A DNA stretch of 64,000 nucleotides, taken from Gemmatimonadota bacterium. Lineage in GTDB: Bacteria; Gemmatimonadota; Gemmatimonadetes; Gemmatimonadales; GWC2-71-9. A program made the translations under genes and the position numbers. Within the stretch, counting starts at the first letter, position 1. Each line of letters opens with the position of its first letter. The DNA lies in contig JBDHHA010000001.1 in the NCBI GenBank assembly GCA_039589615.1, positions 63,435 through 127,434 on the forward strand, given 5' to 3'. Below, piece by piece: positions 19,526 through 29,336 of this stretch. The notes under the pieces were generated by a model that was not told where the DNA came from, ran no database searches, and was given only the letters and a program-made list of their open reading frames with translations.

Positions 19526-20371
19526 ATGAGGAGCGACAGAAAATTCAGGGGCGGAGTGGCAGTGTTCATTCCGGTGATCTGCCTGACCTTAGCTGCATGT
19601 GAGGAGGCGCGACCCGATCGGGACATTCGCTTGAGTCCTGCGGGGTCGGATGCGGTGCCGGGTCAGGTGATCATTGAGTACATCGCCCACGCGGCGTTCC
19701 GCATCCACTCGCCCAACGGCACACAGGTCATCATCGACCCGTTTGCAGATCGTGTCTGGTTGGGGTACGACTTTCCCGACAGCCTCGCAGCCGACGCCGT
19801 TCTCATAACGCACCCGCACTACGACCACGATGCCGGCGATCGGATGGGACGGGCGTTTCCCTGGGACACGGACGTTGAGGTCATTCGCGATTCGGGATCG
19901 TACACGGTGGGCGACATCACCATCCGTGGCATTGAGGGCAAACACGCCGATCCCTACGGCAAGGAGTTCGGTCAGACCAACACCCTCTTTGTGCTGGAGG
20001 TGGCGGGGTTGCGGATCGCCCACGTGGGAGACAACGGACCCCTCACGGAGGCCAACGTCCTGGCGCTCGGGCGCGTCGACATCCTGATGATGCCGGCCGA
20101 CTCCGAATACCACATCCTGTCGGCAGAGGACACCGAGGCGAACCTGACGGCGGTGCACCCCCGGGTGTTGATCCCCATGCACTACCGACACCCGGACCTC
20201 GAAACGTCTCCCGACAATCCGGAGGATCTCGGCCCCATCGACCCCTGGCTGGAGGGAAGGTCCAACGTGGAGCGCCTGGCCGGTCATGTGAAGATCTTTT
20301 CGGCCGCGACGTTGCCGCAGCGGGAGATCGTTCTCGTGCTCTCTCATTCACCCGATGTGATACGCCCATAG
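19526..20371 (+). CDS. MBL-fold metallo-hydrolase lipoprotein
   Basis: Lipobox-like LTLAAC. HxHxDH motif (ITHPHYDHDAG) and later His/Asp ligand positions. Confidence 0.75.
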   Translation: MRSDRKFRGGVAVFIPVICLTLAACEEARPDRDIRLSPAGSDAVPGQVIIEYIAHAAFRIHSPNGTQVIIDPFADRVWLGYDFPDSLAADAVLITHPHYDHDAGDRMGRAFPWDTDVEVIRDSGSYTVGDITIRGIEGKHADPYGKEFGQTNTLFVLEVAGLRIAHVGDNGPLTEANVLALGRVDILMMPADSEYHILSAEDTEANLTAVHPRVLIPMHYRHPDLETSPDNPEDLGPIDPWLEGRSNVERLAGHVKIFSAATLPQREIVLVLSHSPDVIRP

Positions 20372-22170
20372 TGGAACATCCCCTCATCGGCCTCGCTGCC
20401 ATCATCGTGATCGGCATTGCGGCGCAGTGGTTGTCGTGGCGGTTGCGATTGCCGGCCATCTTCCTGCTGTTGCTGGCGGGCTTTGTGGCGGGCTCGGCCA
20501 CCGGATGGATCAACCCCGACGCTTTGCTCGGGGAAGCGCTCTTCCCCATCGTCTCGCTCTCGGTGGCGATCATTCTCTTCGAGGGCGGACTCAGTCTCGA
20601 CATCGCCGAACTGGCCAAGATCGGCCGGGTGGTGCGCAACCTGGCCAGCATCGGCGTCGTGGCGACGTGGTCGTTGTCGGCCGTGGCGGCCCACTTCCTC
20701 CTCGGCTTCGATCTGCCACTGTCGGCGTTGATCGGGGCGATCCTCGTCGTCACCGGTCCGACGGTCATCATACCGCTGCTGCGACACATTCGCCCCACCG
20801 CCAAACTCGGCTCGGCGATCCGCTGGGAAGGGATCGTCAACGATCCCATTGGCGCGATCCTCGCGGTGTTGGTCTTCGATGCGATCGTCGCCGGGGAAGG
20901 GCAGGAGGGAGTCTCGGCCGCCGCGCTGGGTGTGTTGAAGGCGTTGGGCGCTGGGGGCGCGTTGGGGCTCGCCGGCGCGGGCCTGATCGTGCTGCTGCTC
21001 AAGCGCTACTGGGTACCCGACTTTCTCCAAAGCCCCGTGACGTTGGCCGTCGTGATGGTGGTGTTCTCGTTGTCGGATCTCGTGCTGTCCGAGTCAGGGC
21101 TGCTCGCCGTGACGGTGATGGGGAGCGCCCTGGCCAGCCAGAACGTCGTCACCGTACGGCACATCGTCGAGTTCAAAGAGAACCTCCGCGTGCTGCTCAT
21201 CTCGGCGCTGTTCGTGATTCTTGCCGCGCGTCTCCCCATCAGCGACCCGGCCTACTCGGATCCCGGCAGTCTGTTGTTTCTTGCGGCCCTGATACTGGTG
21301 ATACGGCCCGCGTCGGTCGCGCTGTCCACCATCGGCACGTTTCTCACGTGGCGCGAGCGAATCTTCTTGGGGTTCATGGCGCCGCGGGGAATCGTCGCCG
21401 CCGCGGTGGCGTCGATCTTTTCGTTGGAGTTGATAGAGCTTGGCTACCCCGGAGCGGAGAAGCTCGCTCCGGTGATGTTCCTCGTCATTGTCGGGACCGT
21501 GGCGCTCTACGGGCTCGGAGCGGGGCGCGTCGCACGGTGGCTCGAGGTGGCGACACCCAACCCGCAGGGCATGCTGCTCCTCGGCGCCGGTAGCTGGGTT
21601 CGGGCGGTGGCGCGGGTGTTGAAGGCTGAAGGGGTGGAGGTGACGCTGGTGGATGCCAACTGGAAGAACGTCGCCCGGGCGCGACAAGAGGGTCTCGATG
21701 CGAAGTACGAGAATATTCTGGCAGAATACGCGTTCGAGGACCTGGAGCTGGACGGGATCGGACGGTTTCTGGCGCTGACCCCCAATGACGAGGTGAATTC
21801 CCTGGCGACGGTTCACGCAAGCGACGTCTTCGAGCGATCCAACGTGTATCAGCTTGCTCCAGAGCGCGCAGACGCGGGAGGACGACTCACGGAGATGCCG
21901 TCGCACCTCCAGGGGCGGTTGCTGTTCGACACGGTGGCAACGCACGCCGAGATCAGCAAGCGATTTGCGCAAGGCGCCACCGTCAAGCGGACGGGACTGA
22001 CCGACGAATTCGGGTTCGACGAGTTTGTCGAGCACTACCGGGGAGCTGCCCTCCCCCTCTTCGTCGTGACCGAGGCCGGCAGAATCCTGGTTCTCGAAGC
22101 ACAGGGCAAGGTGCCGGTGAAGGCAGGCCAGACCCTCATCAGCCTCGCCGTCGACAACAACGACACCTAG
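20371..22170 (+). CDS. Cation:proton antiporter (CPA1, Na+/H+ exchanger family) with C-terminal RCK/TrkA-N-like domain
   Basis: The GTG start overlaps the MBL stop by 1 nt. About 12 TM segments, then a Rossmann-like LLLGAGSWVRAVARVLKAEGVEVTLVD segment. Confidence 0.8.
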   Translation: MEHPLIGLAAIIVIGIAAQWLSWRLRLPAIFLLLLAGFVAGSATGWINPDALLGEALFPIVSLSVAIILFEGGLSLDIAELAKIGRVVRNLASIGVVATWSLSAVAAHFLLGFDLPLSALIGAILVVTGPTVIIPLLRHIRPTAKLGSAIRWEGIVNDPIGAILAVLVFDAIVAGEGQEGVSAAALGVLKALGAGGALGLAGAGLIVLLLKRYWVPDFLQSPVTLAVVMVVFSLSDLVLSESGLLAVTVMGSALASQNVVTVRHIVEFKENLRVLLISALFVILAARLPISDPAYSDPGSLLFLAALILVIRPASVALSTIGTFLTWRERIFLGFMAPRGIVAAAVASIFSLELIELGYPGAEKLAPVMFLVIVGTVALYGLGAGRVARWLEVATPNPQGMLLLGAGSWVRAVARVLKAEGVEVTLVDANWKNVARARQEGLDAKYENILAEYAFEDLELDGIGRFLALTPNDEVNSLATVHASDVFERSNVYQLAPERADAGGRLTEMPSHLQGRLLFDTVATHAEISKRFAQGATVKRTGLTDEFGFDEFVEHYRGAALPLFVVTEAGRILVLEAQGKVPVKAGQTLISLAVDNNDT

Positions 22171-22173
22171 CCG

Positions 22174-23151
22174 CTAGCGAATCGCGATCGGACTCCCGGG
22201 AGAACCGGTGGCTCCCTTGAACGGGACGGGAATGTACACGAAGGCGAACTCGTACACGCCGTCCGCCGCCAACGCCGAGAGATCCAGATTCTCGATGTTG
22301 TAGACGCCGTTGCGGTTCATGAGCCACTGGTGTCCTTCGAATGGCCGGTCCGGATTCTCGCCGGGAACCGCTTCCACCGCCCAGTTGTCGGCTCCGGTCA
22401 TGACGATCTTCTGCTCGACGAGCCATTTGACGGCGGTCACGCCCGGGCCCGGGTTGTCGCCCACGTAGGCCGCGTTGTCTTCCATCCAAAGCGCACCGTG
22501 TCCCGTGTGGAAGAGCACCACGTCGCCTTCCCGGATGTCCACGTTCTGTCTCTGGAGCGTCCCCTCGATGTCGGCGATGGTGATGATGTAGTTGGGAGCC
22601 AGCCGCTCGACGCCCCTGTAACTCGCCACGTCGAGCAAGACGCCGCGCGTGAAGATCGCCCCCACGTTCTCCACACCGATCTTGGTGAGGCCATAGGTGT
22701 CGCCGAACTCGGAGAGCTTGAATCCGTTGTAGAAGACATCTTCCCCATCGACACGGGTGCCGATGTGGCCCAGGCCGTCGAATTGGGTCCCGATCTGCCC
22801 CAACTCGCCGCTCACCATCTCGTCGTTGTAGACGATCTGCCCCGTGCCCATGGGTCCCCCGGTGGGCAAACCCGGCATCGTGAGGCTGTAGTGCCTGTTG
22901 CCGAACAGGGGTATGCCGACCTCGTATACCCGCCCCAGCCGGTAAATCTCTCCTTCCTTAATAAGGCCGATGGCCTCGAGGACCTTGGCCGGGGTGATCC
23001 GGTTGGCGGCGCCGCGCTGGTCATCCGGCCCCCACTCGGACGGCCACCAGCGAGTGCCGGTTGGTGTTTGGGCATCGGTGGATTCGCCGAACACAAGCAA
23101 TGCAGCGACCATGCACACGGCCCATCGGGCCGCCTGTTGGGTTGTTGCCAT
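22174..23151 (-). CDS. Cyclase-family protein (kynurenine-formamidase-like fold), secreted
   Basis: ATG 23151 is preceded by GGAGGAGGAG. Signal peptide present. Motifs GTQFDGLGHIG and VLFHTGHG. The rest of the 835-aa track ORF is an out-of-frame overlap with the next gene. Confidence 0.75.
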   Translation of the reverse strand: MATTQQAARWAVCMVAALLVFGESTDAQTPTGTRWWPSEWGPDDQRGAANRITPAKVLEAIGLIKEGEIYRLGRVYEVGIPLFGNRHYSLTMPGLPTGGPMGTGQIVYNDEMVSGELGQIGTQFDGLGHIGTRVDGEDVFYNGFKLSEFGDTYGLTKIGVENVGAIFTRGVLLDVASYRGVERLAPNYIITIADIEGTLQRQNVDIREGDVVLFHTGHGALWMEDNAAYVGDNPGPGVTAVKWLVEQKIVMTGADNWAVEAVPGENPDRPFEGHQWLMNRNGVYNIENLDLSALAADGVYEFAFVYIPVPFKGATGSPGSPIAIR

Positions 23152-23198
23152 CTCCTCCTCCTTGTAGTGGGCCTCCCGACCTTCTGTATAAAGGATTC

Positions 23199-24524
23199 TT
23201 ACCCGAACCGCGACACCAAATACACTACCGTCGTCACACCCAACACCAGCAGCCCCAAGTACGTCAACACCAACATCCCTCGCCCCGGCCTGTGCTCCTC
23301 TGGAACATCCTCCGAGGTCACCGCCTTCAAGTTGAGATACCCCAGCACCGGCGTCACCACGAACGTGAAGATCGTGGCAAAGTCGATCATCGTCGTGAGG
23401 TTGCCGGCAAACAACATCAACGTCAGCAAGTTGAGCACGCCGAACACGATCAACACGATCCAGTAGCCTCGACCCGTGGGCGCGTCCGGTTCCGGATAAG
23501 GAGCGGCGGCCTTGAAGTTCTGGAAGCAGCGGTCGATGGCCCGGGGAAATCCGTCGATGACGATGAGGGTCGTGGAGAACATCGTGGCGAACGCGGCGAC
23601 TCCCACCAGGACGCGCGTCCAATTCCCCAGGGTACTTGTGTAGAGCTCTACGAGCTGGGTGCTGAAGACCGTTCCCTGGGGACTGAACTCCTGTCCCGCC
23701 CCGTGCATCACGGCCGTCCCCAGCGCCAGGAACGCGAACGCGAGGATGCCGGTGCCGATGTACCCCACGTTGAAGTCGAGCTGCACCATCTTGACGCTGG
23801 TGCGCTCGCCGGATGCACGATCCTTCGCCAGCACCCAGAGGGAGCTCATCACCGAGATTTCCACGGCGGACGGCATGAATCCCACGAGGGCGAGGATGAA
23901 GGCAAAGGGGATCACCGCACCGGCGTCCATCAGTGGCCACGGGACCAGCGTGGAGAAGTCCGCCCGTGGTAGGGCGATGGCTGTCGCGGCCAATGTCGAC
24001 AGCGCCAAGAAGACGAGTACGCCTTTGACGGTGCGATCGAAAACCCGAAAGCGACCCACGAGCAACAGGGTCGTGCACCCGGCGTAGAGCAGCCCGCCGA
24101 TCGCGGCCGCAGACCACTCGAGTCCCACCAGGTATCGGATCAGGAACGATGTGAATAGCAGGATGGCGACCTGATGGATCACCGCGGTCACGAAGGTGAG
24201 CCCGAAATAGAGCCACAGGGCCCAGCGGCCGATCCTCCGGTACCCCTCTACCAAACTCCATCCGGTGGCAGCCGCGTACCGGTGTCCGTACTCGAAGAAG
24301 GGATACTTGAGTATCAACGCCGCCAGGATGATCCCGGCCAGGGCAAACCCGGCGGTGGCGCCGGCCCGGGTGGACTGCACCAGGTGTGAGATGCCGATGG
24401 CGGCCGCAGCCCACATGAGGCCCGGTCCAAAGCTCCTCCAGAACGATCTGGGTGTTCCTGCCACTGGCACCGCCCCTCGGAGAACCGGACAAGTATCGGG
24501 GCCGGTCCCCTCCATGGGAAGCAC
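23199..24524 (-). CDS. NRAMP-related membrane transporter with non-canonical metal-site residues
   Basis: 441 aa, about 11 TM. N-terminal FGPGLMW...AGATAGF resembles NRAMP TM1, but the DPGN position reads GISH and the MPHN position reads MPSA (alignment by eye). Confidence 0.65.
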   Translation of the reverse strand: MLPMEGTGPDTCPVLRGAVPVAGTPRSFWRSFGPGLMWAAAAIGISHLVQSTRAGATAGFALAGIILAALILKYPFFEYGHRYAAATGWSLVEGYRRIGRWALWLYFGLTFVTAVIHQVAILLFTSFLIRYLVGLEWSAAAIGGLLYAGCTTLLLVGRFRVFDRTVKGVLVFLALSTLAATAIALPRADFSTLVPWPLMDAGAVIPFAFILALVGFMPSAVEISVMSSLWVLAKDRASGERTSVKMVQLDFNVGYIGTGILAFAFLALGTAVMHGAGQEFSPQGTVFSTQLVELYTSTLGNWTRVLVGVAAFATMFSTTLIVIDGFPRAIDRCFQNFKAAAPYPEPDAPTGRGYWIVLIVFGVLNLLTLMLFAGNLTTMIDFATIFTFVVTPVLGYLNLKAVTSEDVPEEHRPGRGMLVLTYLGLLVLGVTTVVYLVSRFG

Positions 24525-24593
24525 CGGACCTCTGGCGGTGCTGACCGCCGGTGGGCAGTGTTAGGGATGTCACCACCCCAACCCCGGGCAACC

Positions 24594-26336
24594 ATGACCA
24601 CAAGATCGATCCTCCCAATCGCGGTACTCCTACTCGTTTCCTGCACGCCCGGGCACAGCCAACGGTTGTCCACCGGCGCAATTCGCGAGTTCCTGCTCAA
24701 CGCGCAGGACGCATACTCCGGCGAACGGGCGCGAGACGTCGTCGGATTCGTCGAGCAATACTGGAGAATCCCGGGCAACACGGGCTTTGACGCGAGCATC
24801 CAACGGGTCATCGACGAATTGGAAGACGCCGGGTATGTGTCGGAGGAGGCGGCCGCGCCGGACGCCCGCCTCACCTACCGCGTGGAGGGGCGCCCCATGG
24901 CTCGTCCCACCTGGGAACCGGTGGAAGCGTCGCTCACCATCGTGGGACAAGACGAACCACTCCTGGAACTCGCGACCAACCGGAGCATGATCACGGCGTA
25001 CTCCTACTCGACGCCCCCTGGAGGCATCGAGGCGGAGGTGGTGGATGTTGGTGCGGGCCGCCCCGAGGACCTCGAAGGCGTCGACGTGGGCGGCAAGATC
25101 GTCTTTGGCGAAGCGAATACGGGGCGGCTGTTCCGGACAGCAGTGCAGCAGCATGGCGCCGTGGGCGTGATGACCTACGGCCTTCCGGCGTACAACCAGG
25201 CCGAGCGTTACCAGAACTCCATTTCCTTCGGTTCGATTCCGCTGGACTCGACGGCCCGCTCTTTTGGATTGCGGTTGTCGTTCAGCGCTCGCGAGGCCTT
25301 GAGAGGCGCGCTGGCCGCCGGGCCGGTGCGCGTGCATGTGATGACCGAGTCCCGGATCTACCCCTCAGAGGAATTGACCCTCGTGGTGGAAATCCGTGGT
25401 GGCGCCCACGCCGACGAGCGCTTCGTCTACACCGCCCACGTGCAGGAACCCGGCGCCAACGACAACGCTTCGGGGGTGGGCGCACTGAGTGAGATCGCCC
25501 GGGTCTTTGCCGAGGAGCACCGGGCGGGCCGGTTCGATCCGGCGCGCACCATCACGATGATCTGGGGCGACGAGATCAGCTCCACGCGGCGATACCTGGA
25601 GGAAGACCAGGCCCGCACCGCCGGTGTACGGTGGGGACTGAGCCTCGACATGGTGGGGGAGGACACGGAGAAGACCGGCGGCACGTTCCTCATCGAGAAG
25701 ATGCCCGACCCGTCATCGGTCTGGACGCGGGGAAACGACCAACACACCGAGTGGGGCGGCCGGCCCCTCACGGTGGATCAGCTCACGCCCCACTACTTCA
25801 ACGACTTCGTCCTCAACCGCTGTCTCGACCAGGCCGCCGGAACCGATTGGGTGGTGAAGACCAACCCCTACGAGGGCGGAAGCGACCACGTGCCGTTCCT
25901 TCGCGCGGGCAAACCAGGCCTCCTGTTGTGGCACTTCACCGACGTGTTCTATCACACGGACCGAGATCGATTGGAGATGGTATCGGCACGGACACTGGAG
26001 AACGTGGGCGTGTGCGCCGCGGTGTCGGCGATGGTGCTCACCACGGCCGATGGAGTGACTGCGCGGTTCGTTGCGGAGGAGCTGGAGCGGAGCGCCGTGA
26101 CTCGACTGGAGGCCGAGGCGGCGTTGAGCCGGACGGCGGTGGCGTCCGGTGAAGACGCGGATGAGCAGCGCCTGATTCTCCGAACCTGGACCGAGTGGTA
26201 CGAGGCGGCGATCCGGGCCGCCGAGGACATCGAGGTGGGTGGAACCTCATCGGAGACGTTGGAGGCACTCGACCAGGCAATCGCACGAGTGCGAGAGCTT
26301 GGAGATAGCCTGGGTGTGACATTGGGTGGGCAGTAG
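24594..26336 (+). CDS. M28-family aminopeptidase lipoprotein with PA domain
   Basis: Lipobox LLVSC. M28 motif EPGANDNASGVG and later GGSDHVPF. The start was chosen at MTTRSIL (the track ORF starts 12 codons earlier). Confidence 0.75.
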   Translation: MTTRSILPIAVLLLVSCTPGHSQRLSTGAIREFLLNAQDAYSGERARDVVGFVEQYWRIPGNTGFDASIQRVIDELEDAGYVSEEAAAPDARLTYRVEGRPMARPTWEPVEASLTIVGQDEPLLELATNRSMITAYSYSTPPGGIEAEVVDVGAGRPEDLEGVDVGGKIVFGEANTGRLFRTAVQQHGAVGVMTYGLPAYNQAERYQNSISFGSIPLDSTARSFGLRLSFSAREALRGALAAGPVRVHVMTESRIYPSEELTLVVEIRGGAHADERFVYTAHVQEPGANDNASGVGALSEIARVFAEEHRAGRFDPARTITMIWGDEISSTRRYLEEDQARTAGVRWGLSLDMVGEDTEKTGGTFLIEKMPDPSSVWTRGNDQHTEWGGRPLTVDQLTPHYFNDFVLNRCLDQAAGTDWVVKTNPYEGGSDHVPFLRAGKPGLLLWHFTDVFYHTDRDRLEMVSARTLENVGVCAAVSAMVLTTADGVTARFVAEELERSAVTRLEAEAALSRTAVASGEDADEQRLILRTWTEWYEAAIRAAEDIEVGGTSSETLEALDQAIARVRELGDSLGVTLGGQ

Positions 26337-26362
26337 TTCGCGTTGTCGGAAGAACGCCGGAA

Positions 26363-26713
26363 CTAGCCTCCTGCCTGTTGCTCAAACCGTTCGGCGTGCT
26401 CCACACCCCGGCGGAGCTTCGACTCGAACTCGCCCAGCGGTCCCACACATTGCGCCAAGAGCTTGTGCAGCCGCGCCGTCAACTCGGCCGCTTCCATTGG
26501 CGGATTGGTGGCAATGGATTCCTGCCACAGCGACTCGGCCTCGTCGTGAAACGCGATCACCACTTCGATCTCTTCCTCGGCGTACTTCTTGTGTGCGGCG
26601 CCCTCACGAACGTCCGACACGACTCCGGCCAACATGATCTGTATCGATTCGCGCACTCCTAACCCCGCGGTCGAGAGGCGCTTGACGAACTCTTCTCTGC
26701 GACTGTCTCCCAT
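26363..26713 (-). CDS. Hypothetical helical protein (116 aa)
   Basis: Only the distal 117 codons of the 377-aa track ORF avoid the DctP gene on the opposite strand. Starts at ATG 26713. No family recognised. Confidence 0.4.
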   Translation of the reverse strand: MGDSRREEFVKRLSTAGLGVRESIQIMLAGVVSDVREGAAHKKYAEEEIEVVIAFHDEAESLWQESIATNPPMEAAELTARLHKLLAQCVGPLGEFESKLRRGVEHAERFEQQAGG

Positions 26714-26809
26714 CACAGACCTCCATCGAGAGTCTCGTCCCCAAAGGTAGCAGTCCCGCCGGCGGAGCGGGTAGCCGGAGCGTGAGCCCGAGCCATATCT
26801 TTGTCCCCT

Positions 26810-27814
26810 ATGAGCAGCGTGGTCCGACGGCCCGCCACGGTCCTGGCGGGGTTTCTGGGGGTTCTCGCCGCCGGTTTGGCCGGATGCAGCCCCGAGCGGG
26901 GGGCCCTCGAGTTGAAGGTGGCCCACTCGGGTCCTCCCGAGTCCCTCATCGGCCTCGCCGCGGACGAGTTTGCCCGCCGTGCCAATGAGCGGCTCGGCGG
27001 TCGGGCCACGGTCGTGGTGTTCGGATCCAGCTTGCTGGGGGGCGACGAGGTCGTGCTTCAGAAGGTCAAGCTCGGCACCGTCGACATGTCCCTGACGTCC
27101 ACGGTGCTGTCGTCTCAGGTCGATGCCCTGGCGCTGTTCGAGATGCCGTATCTGGTGCGAGATCGGCAACACATGCGGCGCATCGAGGAGGAGTTGTTCT
27201 GGTCGGCGTTGGAGCCCCGCGTCGAGGAGGTGGGCTACAGGGTCCTGGCGGTGTGGGAGAACGGGTTTCGCCACATAACGAACAACGTCCGCCCTATCGT
27301 CACCCCCGAGGACCTGAGAGGGCTCAAGATGCGGACGCCGCGCAGCCCGTGGCGCGTCAAGGTGTTTGAGGCGTTCGGAGCCAATCCATCTCCCTTGTCG
27401 TTCTCCGAGCTCTTTATAGCTTTGCAGACCGGCGTCATGGACGGACAGGAGAACCCGCTGAGCAACATCGTGACGTCGGGGCTCCATGATGTGCAAGAGT
27501 ACTTGTCACTGACGAGGCACGTATACAGCCCGGCGTATTTGACGGTGGGCGCGGACCAGTGGGCCCGACTCCCTGCCGACATTCGGCAGGTGCTCGAGGA
27601 AACGGCCCGGGAGGTCCAGGTCTTCGCGTTGGAGACCGCCGAGGAATTGGACACGCGGTTACTCCGGGAGCTACGGGACGCGGGGATGCAGATCAACGAG
27701 GCGAACCGGGCGAGCTTTGTCACGGCGAGCCAGGCGATCTATAATGAGTTCGATGCTGCGGTTCCCGGTGGCCGGGAGCTGGTCGACCGGGCGTTGGCGT
27801 TGGCGGAGCGATAG
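26810..27814 (+). CDS. dctP: TRAP transporter substrate-binding protein (DctP family), lipoprotein
   Basis: Lipobox LAGC. DctP-family pattern (FEMPYL, GLKMRTP, ALQTGVMDGQENP). No dctQ or dctM in the window. Confidence 0.8.
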   Translation: MSSVVRRPATVLAGFLGVLAAGLAGCSPERGALELKVAHSGPPESLIGLAADEFARRANERLGGRATVVVFGSSLLGGDEVVLQKVKLGTVDMSLTSTVLSSQVDALALFEMPYLVRDRQHMRRIEEELFWSALEPRVEEVGYRVLAVWENGFRHITNNVRPIVTPEDLRGLKMRTPRSPWRVKVFEAFGANPSPLSFSELFIALQTGVMDGQENPLSNIVTSGLHDVQEYLSLTRHVYSPAYLTVGADQWARLPADIRQVLEETAREVQVFALETAEELDTRLLRELRDAGMQINEANRASFVTASQAIYNEFDAAVPGGRELVDRALALAER

Positions 27815-27830
27815 CGGGAAGGGTTCACGC

Positions 27831-28649
27831 ATGCAGATCGATCCCAAGAAGTGTGTGGCGTGTGGCAACTGTGTCGCCGTGTGTCCCATGGGGGCGATCT
27901 ACATCGACCCTGCGGTCAACCGCGCCACGGTGAACACGGAGGAATGCGTCGAGTGCTACACCTGCCATCGAGGGATGAGCATGGAGCGGCTCAATCCGGT
28001 GATGGTGCGGGCGGTTCGGCGGATGCTCCACGTGTTTCGTCTGCGATTCGATCCCGAACCGGATGTGTGCCCTACCTCCGCCATCACGCCCGATGAGCTG
28101 GCGTGGCCGCGGGTGGTGCGACGGGCGTTCAGCGACGTCACCGCGTCCCACGAGAGCACCGGCGTCCACGGGCGGGGCACGGAGGAGGTCAAGACCAACG
28201 ACGTAACGAACCGTTTGGACAGAGGCCGCATCGGGCTGACGGTGGAGCTGGGACGGCCGGGCATCGGCGTGTGGTTCCGGGACGTGCAGCACGTCACCAA
28301 ATCTTTGGCCGATGGGGGCGTGGAGTTCGAAGAGAAGAATCCGGTGACGAGTCTCATGGCCGATCGGGCACAGGGGCTGTTGAATCCCGAGATCCTCAAC
28401 GAGAAGGTGATGTCGGTCATCATCGAGTTCAACACGGCAGAGGCCGACATTCTTGGAGTCCTGCAACTCCTACGGCAGATCGCAACCGAGATTCCAACGA
28501 TCATGGCATTGGGCCTTTCGGTGCGGTGTGACGATCAGGGGAACACGGACATAGAGGATCTGCTGCGCGAGCACGATTTCGAGTTCAACCGTGCCAAGAC
28601 CAACATCGGGATCGGTCGGGCCGACGTGGCCGTCGCGGCTACCGTCTAA
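27831..28649 (+). CDS. 4Fe-4S dicluster-domain protein with uncharacterised C-terminal domain
   Basis: CVACGNCVAVCP and CVECYTC motifs in the first 50 aa, with about 220 further residues of no recognised family. ATG 27831 lies 16 nt after the dctP stop. Confidence 0.65.
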   Translation: MQIDPKKCVACGNCVAVCPMGAIYIDPAVNRATVNTEECVECYTCHRGMSMERLNPVMVRAVRRMLHVFRLRFDPEPDVCPTSAITPDELAWPRVVRRAFSDVTASHESTGVHGRGTEEVKTNDVTNRLDRGRIGLTVELGRPGIGVWFRDVQHVTKSLADGGVEFEEKNPVTSLMADRAQGLLNPEILNEKVMSVIIEFNTAEADILGVLQLLRQIATEIPTIMALGLSVRCDDQGNTDIEDLLREHDFEFNRAKTNIGIGRADVAVAATV

Positions 28650-28661
28650 AGGAGAGGCAAC

Positions 28662-29336
28662 GTGACGCATACGCTGCACCGCTTTGGGAAGAAGGACAGC
28701 CTGTCCCATGACTTCATCGTGACGGCGATGCCGGCCCGGGGCTTCAACGACGAGGGCTGCATTCCCAAGCAGAAGACCTTTCTTCGGGCCGCGCTGGAAT
28801 TCAACCCGGTCAACATCGGCAACGCCATCAAGGGCGCCGAGCACCGCGCCGCGAAGGACTTGCGGCCGACGGCACACTGGCACCGCGATACCTCTCCCGA
28901 CCCCCAACTGGTCATCGACGAGGTGGATCGACCTACCACCGTGTCGGCGGTGTTCGACGACTACGCCTCCATGCGGGCCTTCGTCGCGAAGGTGGTCGAA
29001 ATGGACCTGGGCCTCTCGGTGAACATCTCGTCGGTTCCGGAACAGGCCGAGAAGTGCTGCGGTGAGTGTGGCGTCGTCCGGCACAGCATCGAGTACTCTC
29101 TGGGGTTCCAGGGCGCCACGGAAAAACTCCCCGACGACACCACCATGCAACTCTCCACCATGTGTGGGCACGGCATGGTGTCCGCTACGTTTGCCCGCAA
29201 GATGACCGATTGGGTCCGGTCCGGGCGTCGCACGCCCGAGGAGGCCACCAAATACCTGGCCCGGTTCTGTGTCTGCGGCAGCTTCAACCCGGCGCGAGCC
29301 GAAGATATTCTCCAGCAGGCGGCAAGAGGGAAGTGA
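28662..29336 (+). CDS. Hypothetical Cys-rich protein (224 aa)
   Basis: GTG start 12 nt after the upstream stop. Clustered Cys motifs CCGECG, MCGHG and CVCGSFNP. No family recognised. Confidence 0.55.
   Translation: MTHTLHRFGKKDSLSHDFIVTAMPARGFNDEGCIPKQKTFLRAALEFNPVNIGNAIKGAEHRAAKDLRPTAHWHRDTSPDPQLVIDEVDRPTTVSAVFDDYASMRAFVAKVVEMDLGLSVNISSVPEQAEKCCGECGVVRHSIEYSLGFQGATEKLPDDTTMQLSTMCGHGMVSATFARKMTDWVRSGRRTPEEATKYLARFCVCGSFNPARAEDILQQAARGK

Noticed and set aside
22174-24681. Single 835-aa ORF spanning the cyclase and NRAMP regions
   Set aside because: Only the last 325 codons (from ATG 23151 with a strong Shine-Dalgarno sequence) look like a real protein. The upstream part is an alternative frame of the NRAMP-like gene on the same strand and is Arg/Gly/Pro-rich.
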